Positions 1-10,216 of a stretch of 47,510 bases of DNA are shown here, piece by piece (the first letter of the stretch is position 1; each line of letters starts with the position of its first letter). This DNA is from Saprolegnia diclina VS20 (taxonomy: Eukaryota): positions 79,411 to 126,920 of the forward strand of contig NW_008246083.1 of NCBI RefSeq assembly GCF_000281045.1, given 5' to 3'. Under the pieces are notes generated by a model. That model made no database searches. It was not told where the DNA came from and saw nothing but the letters and a program-made list of their open reading frames with translations. The position numbers and the translations under genes were made by a program.

Positions 1-1834
1 CGCAGCCACGGCCCGGCGAACGAATAAAGAAGAGATTGTCAGTCTCTGCGTATGCTAATCTTTGTAACACCGAAGATAACGCGAAACACGTTCATACGTA
101 TGAATTGTAGTGGTGCTGATAGTGGTGGAGCTCTGGTGGGAGCAAGCTGGACGCCAGCGGCAGACATGACGCACCGCAAATGCAAGCGCAACACATAGTT
201 GCAAGCTCCATCGCAGGCGAGAAACGATGCGATATATAGGACGAGGTGCTCGACCAAGCAGCCGATAGCGCAAATACCGCAATGCACCTTGCTGCGTCCT
301 GGGCGTCCAGTGATCTACGCCAGCCCTCGCAGGCATGGTACACTACGAACATCTGGGCAACGATGACGTACTGCTATACAGCTTGACACCGCTTGTGCTC
401 CTGGCGCCAGAAGGGTTTGAGGTTGACTGTCGGGTGCATTTTGTCGGGCGAGCGGATGGGGAGGTCAAAATTCCACTGTTTTCTTGCACATACAGCGTTT
501 GGTGTGGTATATCGCATCCAGCGGCTTCACCGGTAACCACACCGTCGACTCGAATATTTCTGGTCGACCCTCAGAAGCTGCTCGGCTTTCAAATGCTCAA
601 CGTGACGGACTGTGGTATGGTAACGACCTTATCACAGGTCTCCCGTGCGTGCGACGATGTTGGACGTGCCGAGTGAGTCTGTGACTCCTTACACCCCGCC
701 TGTCAACGCAAAACATACGAAACGGGGCCATACTCCCTAAACCTCAGCGTATGCAAGTAGAACCGTCCACAAAATCTAGTGACTGCTCAAACCCTGGCAA
801 GGGATCCTGTACAGTCCCATTTGAAGAGTCTTCCCGCCGAACGATCTCCAACGATCAAGCACGACGCTTTGTCCCGGCCCCGTGTTGAAAACCCGGTGTA
901 TGCGACGCTTCACGAGGGTGTGTGTCTAGTCGTGCCGTTGGCGGTCTCGGATCGGTGTCTGCTGCTGCGAATCCCACAATGAGCGGATGGATTTGAGGTC
1001 GTTTGCCTCATACGAGCGAGCTGCTTCCTCCTGCACAAGCGAGGTACATGTAAAGCGACGGGGCGCCGCTCGCTTCAACACGACTGAACCAGAGGCCATT
1101 TGATACCCGTGTCAAAACCACGACTCAATCTTGCCTTCAAGCACACGCAAGAAATGCCTGGTGTCGTCACGCCGTCATGTTTCAGATGCTGACGCTCCGA
1201 ATTGATGACGCCCACAGCACATTCGTCTGGTTGCCGGCTTGGCTCGCCGGATGTCGCTGCACGGGCTACTCCAAGCGGCGAGCTCAAGCGGCGCCTTGCA
1301 GGACGATGCCAGAATGCTCATGACGTGGCGCGCTCTGGTCGCGTCGATGACGAAACGGGCGTCGCGTATCGCAGCCATTCAATCGCGGCGCGCAATTGCG
1401 CGTTTGTGGGTACAACACGCACCCTCGGTCCTCCATGGGCGCGTCAACGATGATTATGCAAGATATTCTGTCGGTAAATGGGCCAAAAATCCAAAAATCA
1501 CAAGATTTTCAATCTATGACATCCTGTCCTTTTGCTCGTGCGTTGTGCGGCGACCCGTGGACGCGCAAACAACTCGGGCCATAATTATACTTCGCGCACC
1601 GAAGCCCAGAATTCGGCGACATCGCTCCAGCGTGTGACATTGGTCATAGTTTTGGCATAGACCTCTCTTTTTCGATAGCTTGCGGTAAAACATCACAACA
1701 TTCGGCAGTTGTGTGTTGAAAAACCTTTGTAAATATATATACTGTGAGACAGGATATCATGTCTATTTGAGGCGCTTGGTCAGCTGGAGTGACGATCCAT
1801 ACAAAAGCCAAGTGGAAGTATTTTGGAATTTGCC

Positions 1835-3987
1835 ATGTTCAAGTTCTGCCCCGAGTGTGGCGTCAAGTCGACGGCCGCGAGCTCCAAGTTCTGCTCCGAG
1901 TGTGGCTTCCGGTACGAGGCGACCGGTGGGCTGCCGCCGGCGGCGCCGGCCAAGATGCTCGATACGAGCTTCCAGCCGCCGCCGCCGCCACCGCCGCCGA
2001 TGGCCATGCCCGTCTACAGCGACATCCCGCAGGCGCGTGTGGTCAGCATCGTCGTGCCCGCCGCCGCGACCGGCGCCGAAGCCCAAGCGCTCTATGGCCA
2101 GTGCCTCGACACGATCCGCAGTGCCAAGGGCGGCAGCAACGAGGCCGGTGTCCGCGCCTTCAAGGACAACTGCCGCGCGTACGGTCTCGGCGAGATGAAC
2201 GCATCTGCGTTCCATAGCTCGCTCGTGAATGAGCTTGGCGGCTCCACGACGTCGGCGTTCTTGCCGCAGCTTGTGCGTCTCATTCCGGACGAAGGCAAGC
2301 GCCGCGCCTTGCTCGAGTTCGACCAGCAGGCGCTCGGCGGCGACCGCGACTCGCTCTTTGGCGCGCCCACGTCCACCAACTCGATCTCGTCGCGCTCGAG
2401 CTGGGAGAGCAACCCGGACACAGCGCAGTTCTCCAACTCGAAAGTGTACGGACGCCTACAATCGGTCTCGACCGCCGTCTCATCTGTCGACATACATGCA
2501 GGAACCCGAATGCCAAGCCGGGCATGCTCAACAGTCGCTACGCCGACCACCCGAACTGTGATATCTGCAACGTCTCGTTCACTGTGACGAACCGCCGTCA
2601 CCAATGGTGCAGATCCAATCTCTATCGATTGGGCTCATTTCGCTGGATACATGTAGCCGCTCGTGCGGGCTCTTTGTCTGCAACTCGTGCTCGCCCATGA
2701 AGCTGCTCATTCCCATGGGCCAGCAAGTCCCGGGCGCCAAAGGCTACTCTGTGAGCGAGCCCCAACGCGCCTGCATTCAATGTGCGCCGCGCTTGCACCC
2801 GCTGCAAGACGAGCTGAGTACGTATCATCGCCACTACGATGTGACGCTTATAGTGACGGTACCTAGTTCAACAATATGGCAGCTTTCAGAAGGACAACGA
2901 GCACAAGGCAGCCTTCCGCATTCACGCGTATGTTGCTGTGTATTTCGAGCCGATCTCACCGTCTCTGTGTCGAATAGCCCGTACAGCTCCAACCTGGAGA
3001 AGGAGTGCCGCAACGCCGCCGATATCATTGGTATCACTTCGTAGTAGTCGTTCCATAGGTGCTCAACGTGCGACTAGGCAACTTTTTCCGAAACGAGTGG
3101 GGCGCCGACCAAGACCGCCGTATTCCCGTAACCTTTCTCGAGAAGGCTCAAGGGCTGGCGATCATGACGGTCCTCCGCGTCGGCTTTCTTGTCTCGGGCT
3201 CGGCGGGCACTGGCCTTGTCGTGAGCCGTCTCCCGAACGGTCAGTGGAGTGCGCCGTCGGCCATTGGCACCGTGGGTACGAACCGTGCGTCAAATTTGGC
3301 GAAGCTCACCCGCTCACAGGTCTCTCGGGCGGCTTTGAGATTGGTGGCGAGCTTGCTGAAATCATGATCATTCTGTACGTTGCATCTTGCTTTTGAGTCT
3401 CATGTGCATATTCGCTGCGCGTAGCGGCTCGCAAGGCGCTGTCAAGGTCTTTGAGAAGCCCCAAGTCAACGTCGGTGCGGGTCTCGACTTAACCGTCGGG
3501 CCCTATGGTCGTGCGGCAGCGGCCGCCGCCGCCGTCGGGCCCGCCGGTCTCGGAGCCAACTACAGTTACTCGCACAGCCGCGGTTTGTACGCGGGTATCT
3601 CGCTCACGGGCACGGTGATTGCGGCGCGCAAGGACCTCAACACCAAATTTTACGGTCGCGAAATCGAGCCCGGGCTCATCTTGAACGGCACGGTACGCAT
3701 CAACCAAAATGTTGTACAAGCATATGGACAAGTGGCGTTAGGTCGAGCAACCGAACGCGGCGCGCCCCTTGTACGAGGCGCTGGAGCGCGCCATGCAGGG
3801 TGTTGAAGAACACAAGGTAGACACATTTTGCTGGCAAGGAAAAGCAAGCCCAGCGCTGTGGTAGATGCAAGATGCGCGGCGGTCGGAGATTATGGGGAGC
3901 TGCCGGTCGTGCGGCTGCCCGCGGTTTGTGCCGCACACGGCGCAAGTCTGGAACAAGAACTGCAAAACGTGCAAGCACATTCACTAA
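1835..3987 (+). CDS. Multi-exon zinc-ribbon + FYVE + SYLF (Ysc84 actin-binding) domain protein, SH3YL1/Ysc84-like
   Basis: ATG at 1835. N-terminal CPECG..CSECG ribbon and poly-Pro. Spliced FYVE (CDICNVSFTVTNRRHQC|RSCGLFVCNSCS...RACIQC). SYLF motifs (IPVTFLEKAQGLAIMTVLRVGFLVSGSAGTGLVVSRLPNGQWSAPSAIG; YSYSHSRGLYAGISLTGTVIAARKDLNTKFYG). C-terminal CRSCGCPRF..CKTCKHIH, TAA at 3985-3987. Several short GT..AG introns. Confidence 0.88.
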
Positions 3988-4455
3988 GGCGTGACAACAG
4001 TAGTATATATAAGTGTATATAGACATGCGTTGTCGACTCTTGTTATTTGCAAGGTTTTAGCAACGATCCACACATAATTAGAAACCCTTGCTTGCATATT
4101 CTCCACATGCGGACTGGACTGTACACCGGTGGACCGCACTGCAGACCCAAACGAAACGGCTGGCCGTTTCATGTGACAGGGCCGAAACGCACGGTCGGAG
4201 CCAAGACCCACAGCAGCGTCCCGATTTCTTGTTTAATGGTAGACATGTCGCGTCGCTAGCAAACGAAGCGTCGTCTCGACCTTGCTCGCTCCTATGGCAC
4301 AGTTCTGGCGTCAACGCCATGGTGTCCATCCACCAAAACCTAGTGCATAGTAGTGCACGGCCCGTATAACGACAAAAACCGTAGTGTTTGGGGTTTTAGG
4401 CTTTAAACACGAGGATTTGCATTTACACTTAATATGCTGACAAGTACGAATCGAT

Positions 4456-5904
4456 TTAGCACGCAGGCTTGGGGTTGACCGGCTTGAGCTTGCCGCCCTC
4501 AAACATGTTGGCGACATCGACACGGCCGAAACCGTAGCGGTTGTTGGGGAACGAGGCGTCCGAGACACCGCCGCAGTTGGGCGCACCCGGGAGCGTCGCG
4601 TTGGCCTTACCGACCCACGTGGCAGGCTCGGGCGTCAACGTCTTGGTGTAGGCGTACTTGGTGACGTAGGCGTACACTTCCTCGTAGGTGAGGTCGGCCT
4701 TGGCGCTCTTGAGGAGACCAACGACACCGGCGACGTGGGGCGCGGCCATCGACGTACCGGCCATCTTGGTGTAGGCGTTGAACTTGCTAATGTCCACCGA
4801 GCGCGTGAAGAAGCCGGGAGCGGCAATGTCGGGCTTGATGAGGTCACGCGGCTTGCCGTCAGCGCCCGTGTACTTGGTGGGGCCCTTCGACGAGAAGAAG
4901 GCGAGATCGTTGGGGCTGTCGGTCGTCCACGAGCCGAGCGCGCCGACCGAGATGACGTTGTCGAGGAAGCCCGGGCTGCCGGTGGTGTCGCAAGCAGGGC
5001 CCGAGTTACCGTTCGAGAAGACCGGGATGATGCCGGCCTTGATCCAGGCCTGGGCAGCCGGGTAAAACCAGGTGTTCTTGCTCGAGCCGCCCCACGAGTT
5101 GTTGACAACATGCGGCGCCTTGGTGCAGTCGGCGTTCTTCCCATCGGGGTCGGTGGGGCAGAGCATGAACTGGGCGCAGGCGAGGAGCGTATCAGCCGAG
5201 CCCGAACCGTTGATGAGACCACGGCACGAGATCCACTTGGCGCCCGGGGCCACACCAATACCGTTGGCACCGACCATGGTACCGATCGTGTGTGAGCCGT
5301 GGCCGTCAATATCGGCAGGCTTCTCGACCGACTCGGCAAAGGCGTCGAACCAGCCCTTCTCCTCGCGCCAGTTGTTCTTGATGGCCTCGTGCGTGTAGAA
5401 GGCGCCCGTGTCGATCGAGCCGACAACCGCCTTCTTGCCGTTGAACGAGGGCCACACCTGCGGCGCACCGACGGTCACGACACCCCATTCGTTGGGGATA
5501 ACGCCCTCCGTCTTGTCGGCATCGCCACGGATGACCTCCGGGACCGTCACGATCGGGAGCTGGTCGACGGCCTTGACGTTCTTGAGCGCCTTGAGCTTGT
5601 TGACGACCTCCTCCGAAGCACCCTTGACGACCACCGAGTTGGAGATCCAGAACGACTTGGCGTCGAGGCCAGCGAGAACCGCGAGGGCCTCCGTCTGCGT
5701 CGACGTCGCGTGGGTGACGAGGGCCTCACGGACAACGCTCGGGTCGTTCGACTCGGGGAGCGCGCGGAGAACCGGGTAAACATGGTCGAACGTGATGTAG
5801 AGATCAGCGGCGCCCTGGACCTCGAGGTCGCGGAGGACGGAGCTGGCGACCTTGGCCTGGGCGACAGCCGCAGCGGCGAGGAGCGTGATCATGGCAGCCT
5901 TCAT
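4456..5904 (-). CDS. Secreted subtilisin-like serine protease (peptidase S8, bacillopeptidase F-like), 482 aa, intronless
   Basis: Signal peptide MKAAMITLLAAAAVAQA, then a prodomain. Catalytic motifs IDTG (Asp), HGSHTIGT (His), oxyanion SNGNSG, GTSMAAPHVAG (Ser). C-terminal PNNRYGFGRVD. Confidence 0.96.
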   Translation of the reverse strand: MKAAMITLLAAAAVAQAKVASSVLRDLEVQGAADLYITFDHVYPVLRALPESNDPSVVREALVTHATSTQTEALAVLAGLDAKSFWISNSVVVKGASEEVVNKLKALKNVKAVDQLPIVTVPEVIRGDADKTEGVIPNEWGVVTVGAPQVWPSFNGKKAVVGSIDTGAFYTHEAIKNNWREEKGWFDAFAESVEKPADIDGHGSHTIGTMVGANGIGVAPGAKWISCRGLINGSGSADTLLACAQFMLCPTDPDGKNADCTKAPHVVNNSWGGSSKNTWFYPAAQAWIKAGIIPVFSNGNSGPACDTTGSPGFLDNVISVGALGSWTTDSPNDLAFFSSKGPTKYTGADGKPRDLIKPDIAAPGFFTRSVDISKFNAYTKMAGTSMAAPHVAGVVGLLKSAKADLTYEEVYAYVTKYAYTKTLTPEPATWVGKANATLPGAPNCGGVSDASFPNNRYGFGRVDVANMFEGGKLKPVNPKPAC

Positions 5905-5916
5905 GGTGGGAAGCTA

Positions 5917-5932
5917 GTAAATTGCAAAATGA
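5917..5932 (-). promoter_or_regulatory. Oomycete INR+FPR core promoter of the subtilisin gene
   Basis: Minus strand reads TCATTTTGCAATTTAC, ending about 12 nt before the ATG. This fits the TCAYTY-NNN-MWTTTNC oomycete initiator/flanking motif. Confidence 0.6.
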
Positions 5933-7084
5933 AATGGGAGTTTGCAGACGTGCTCGCGAAAGAGATCTGGTTGGGTTCAACCTCAGATTTCGAGCTGCTT
6001 GGACGAGAGTGACACGCAGCTCTATCTGAGAAGGCAGAGTGGCATGTGCTGGCGAGGATGGGACCAGGCCGTAGAGACCAGACCGGCGGCGACACTCGAA
6101 CGCCACCAAGCCAGGATCTGAGCATAAGATCTGATAATGAGTATTGTACCCAGAAATATGGTGCAATCTGAGTTGATTTGTTGGTGCATCGCCCGCGCCC
6201 CGCGACAGGAACGACCGATCATCTGGACAGTGGTACTCGGCCGTCGGAGTGCGTGTGCGGTCAACTCAGAGAGTTGGCAAGCAATGCACCCAGCTTTGGA
6301 GCGCTTGGCCTCGGACACGCCGGTAACTCGTTCTCAGACGCCGTAGTGCCAGATCCACACGCGCCGGCTTCCGTGTTTACTAGTCTCTCGGCATTGTTCA
6401 CGCGTGACATCCAACGAATCCAACGAAAGGTCGCCAGCCTACTCGTTCGACGTTATTAGACTTGGTACTTCGACCATGCTATGGGCACGTTCTTACATGC
6501 ATTTACAGTGGCGAATGGAAGTAATATTGCGCAGTGATCACTTTGGAGCCGTCTAACTTCGTGCGTTTCATGTCAACATTCACAGCTGGTATAAAGCTGA
6601 GCAAGTCCAAAATGACCACCGATATTACCAGACAGTTACTAGACAGTACCCTAAAGTTAGTTGAATGTTTCTGATCAATTTAGCGTAGAGTCGCCGAAAC
6701 GAAACGCAATCATGCGAATGCACCAACCCTTCGGTTATCGTCAACAAAGACAACGCACGACACGACCGGACACAGAATGTACAGTATTGTCGCGTCACCG
6801 CGTGTACCAGGATCTCTGGAGCTGCCCCATGGCCATGGAGCATTCGGGCCGCATCCCCGAGTAGTCGCACTTGGGCTTGTTTCCAATGTCTTCCATATCT
6901 GTCAATAGTGTACAGTGAGTAGCGAGTCCGGAACGGATTTTGCGGAGCTGCATGAGCTCATGGACAGGTTAGTTGAAACCAACAAGAAGAGAATGCGACT
7001 GAAAAGACTTTAGGGGAAAGAGGAGAATGACATTGATTCACACAGTTTACGTCCACTCAAAAGAGACAGTCGACGAAAGTACAC

Positions 7085-8213
7085 TTAGCAAGCAGGGTTG
7101 GGGTTGACCGGCTTGAGCTTGCCGTTGTCGTACATGTTGGCGACATCGACGCGGCCGAAACCGTAGCGGTTGTTGGGGAACGAGGCGTCCGAGACACCGC
7201 CGCAGTTAGGCGCACCCGGGAGCGTCGCGTTGGCCTTGCCGACCCACGTGGCCGGCTCGGGCGTCAACGTCTTGGTGTAGGCGTACTTGGTGACGTAGGC
7301 GTACACTTCCTCGAACGTCAAGTCGGCCTTGGAGCTCTTGAGGAGACCAACGACACCGGCGACGTGGGGGCCAGCCATCGACGTACCCGCCATCTTGACG
7401 TACTCGTTCGTGGCCTTGATGCCCGCCGAGCGCGTGAAGAAGCCGGGGGCGGCAATGTCGGGCTTGACAAGGTTGCGCGGCTTGCCGTCAGCGCCCGTGT
7501 ACTTGGTGGGGCCCTTCGACGAGAAGAAGGCGAGGTCGTTGGGGCTGTCGGTCGTCCACGAGCCGATGGCACCGACCGAGATGACGTTGTCAAGGAAGCC
7601 GGGGTTGCCCGTCGTAGCGCAGGCCGGGCCCGAGTTACCGTTCGAGAAAACCGGGATGATGCCGGCCTTGATCCAGGCCTGGGCAGCCGGGTAGAACCAC
7701 GTATCCGTGCTCGAACCGCCCCACGAGTTGTTGACGACATGCGGCGCCTTCTTGCAGTCGGCGTTCTTCCCGTCCGTGTCGGTGGGGCAGAGCATGAACT
7801 GGGCGCAGGCGAGGAGCGTATCAGCCGAGCCCGAACCATTGATGAGACCGCGGCACGAGATCCACTGGGCACCCGGGGCCACGCCGATGCCGTTGGAGCC
7901 GGCCATCGTACCGATGGTGTGGGTACCGTGGCCGTCAATATCGGCCGGCGAGTTGACCGACTGGGCGAAGGCGTCGAACCAGCCCTTGTCTGAGCGCCAG
8001 CTGCTCTTAATGGCCTCGTGCGCGACGTACGCGCCCGTGTCGATCGAGCCGATGACGGCGCCCTTGCCGTTGGTCGTTGGCCACACCTTGGGGGCACCGA
8101 CGGTGTCGACACCCCACTCGTTGGTCGCCTCCGTGTTCTTGCCCGTCTCGCCACGGATGACCTCCGGGACCGTCACGATCGGGAGCTGGTCGACGGCCTT
8201 GACGTTCTTGAGC
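7085..8213 (-). CDS. Second tandem S8 subtilisin paralogue (5' part lost in assembly gap)
   Basis: IDTG, HGTHTIGT and GTSMAGPHVAG are present. Collinear with and highly similar to 4456-5904. The reading frame runs into the N gap at 8214. Confidence 0.93.
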
Positions 8214-8737
8214 NNNNNNNNNNNNNNNNNNNNNNNNNNNNNNNNNNNNNNNNNNNNNNNNNNNNNNNNNNNNNNNNNNNNNNNNNNNNNNNNNNNNNNN
8301 NNNNNNNNNNNNNNNNNNNNNNNNNNNNNNNNNNNNNNNNNNNNNNNNNNNNNNNNNNNNNNNNNNNNNNNNNNNNNNNNNNNNNNNNNNNNNNNNNNNN
8401 NNNNNNNNNNNNNNNNNNNNNNNNNNNNNNNNNNNNNNNNNNNNNNNNNNNNNNNNNNNNNNNNNNNNNNNNNNNNNNNNNNNNNNNNNNNNNNNNNNNN
8501 NNNNNNNNNNNNNNNNNNNNNNNNNNNNNNNNNNNNNNNNNNNNNNNNNNNNNNNNNNNNNNNNNNNNNNNNNNNNNNNNNNNNNNNNNNNNNNNNNNNN
8601 NNNNNNNNNNNNNNNNNNNNNNNNNNNNNNNNNNNNNNNNNNNNNNNNNNNNNNNNNNNNNNNNNNNNNNNNNNNNNNNNNNNNNNNNNNNNNNNNNNNN
8701 NNNNNNNNNNNNNNNNNNNNNNNNNNNNNNNNNNNNN
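8214..8737. other. Assembly gap (524 N)
   Basis: Run of n characters. Confidence 0.99.
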
Positions 8738-10216
8738 GCAGCTTGCTGCATAGCATTTATTCACGTCAACTTCGCCCTGTCTACTTGTATAATGTCGACT
8801 CGGAGGCCGGCCGCAATCACGAGGAAGCATCACGAGAGCGTCTGCTGCACGTATGGTCCAGTGGACAGTATACTCGCTAGTCGATCACACATACTAAAGA
8901 TCGCGATTGATGTTATCGCAAAAACCACGTGCATTGTACCACTATATGCTTGGAGTGCCATCCGGAACGGGGAGCTGTTGGGTCACTCGACAACGGACCA
9001 GGTGCATCTTTTCATGAGCATGTACGAGACCACTGCAGCGTTCGGCATCTGATTTCTGGGGCGGTTGATCTGGAGCGTTTGAGTTGCATCTGATTTGAAA
9101 CATGTGGCACGGCCACAATTGCACAACATCGCAAGCGCCAGGAATCCATGTCCAGTCGACAACATCGATTTACTCGAAGACGTCGTCGAGGACCCGGCTA
9201 CAGCGCACGATAACACAGGAGGATGCGCCGAGTATTTTCGTTTTTTCAAAGCGTGCAGCTCGCCGTCGACACTCGGCACGCTCGATGCAGCCTTGAGAGG
9301 GTACTGTAGTTGTCGCTTTTGTGTGGCAGTAATGCGTCGACAGAAGGTGTAAACGTCGAGCAACGACAAAGCATCTCAACCACTATCAATATTAGATTCT
9401 ACAATACATGTATTTAAAGAAATATTTGACAACCTACAAGATATTTTGAGTACCACAATATATAGAGGATAGAGTATTTGAGAGGTATCCCGACCAGAAT
9501 TGCCACAGTGGCTTCAACTCAGATGTGGGCAAACTCAGTATCAGATCCCCAATGTACTTTCTACCATAGCGTACCGGAACGACTGCTCCCGCGATTACAG
9601 GCGAGGCCACCGCTCGTGGGCTTGCTCTGCGAAATCTCACCCACTCTGTAGGAGCGGTTGCATGACCATATATAGCCAAGCGCATGCTTCGACAAGGCAG
9701 CGAGAGAGGCTTGCTCTTGCATCGATGACGTCGCTCAGCGCGTGCTGTCGACTAAGGAAGCCAAAGTTATCTTCGTGTCGCTCCAGTTTGAGTTCGACAC
9801 GTCATGCTTTGGGGCTTGAGAGAAGGAAGGACATATGTGTATACTGGTGCGCTTGTGGTCAAGAATACTAGTAGTCCTTTAACGATGACCCAGCACGGAG
9901 CAAAGGACTGACACCGTACGTCCGTAGCTCGAGTTGCTCTGGCGAGCGCTTACGACGACAATTGCGCTCAAACAAAGGGTGTATGCGAGAAGGACATCAT
10001 TCAGAGCCAAGGAAGGAGACTCTGGGCAATCTCGGTGCAGATGTCGAGTTCGACTAGTTGTTTCAAGCGTGTGCCAGTAGGTACGCTAGTAGACGCGAGA
10101 GAAGCGACTGGTTTGAGATCTACTAGGTTCGCCGTGGCGTTGCTCCAGTACATATTGAATACGTGATGGCGGGGTCGCTTGAAAAAGATATTTCTATATA
10201 CTAAGTGAACACGCGC

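Noticed and set aside
240..676. NTAMHLAA ankyrin-like fragment and a 113-aa ORF
   Set aside because: Single short motif with nearby stops and weak codon bias. Cannot support a gene or pseudogene call.
7085..9052. ORFs of 582, 348 and 344 aa spanning the N run
   Set aside because: Artefacts of translating through the assembly gap. The true subtilisin start most likely lies within the gap.
8738..10200. Short ORFs in an AT-richer stretch, possibly a decayed gene or transposon
   Set aside because: No recognisable domain, terminal repeat or consistent reading frame.
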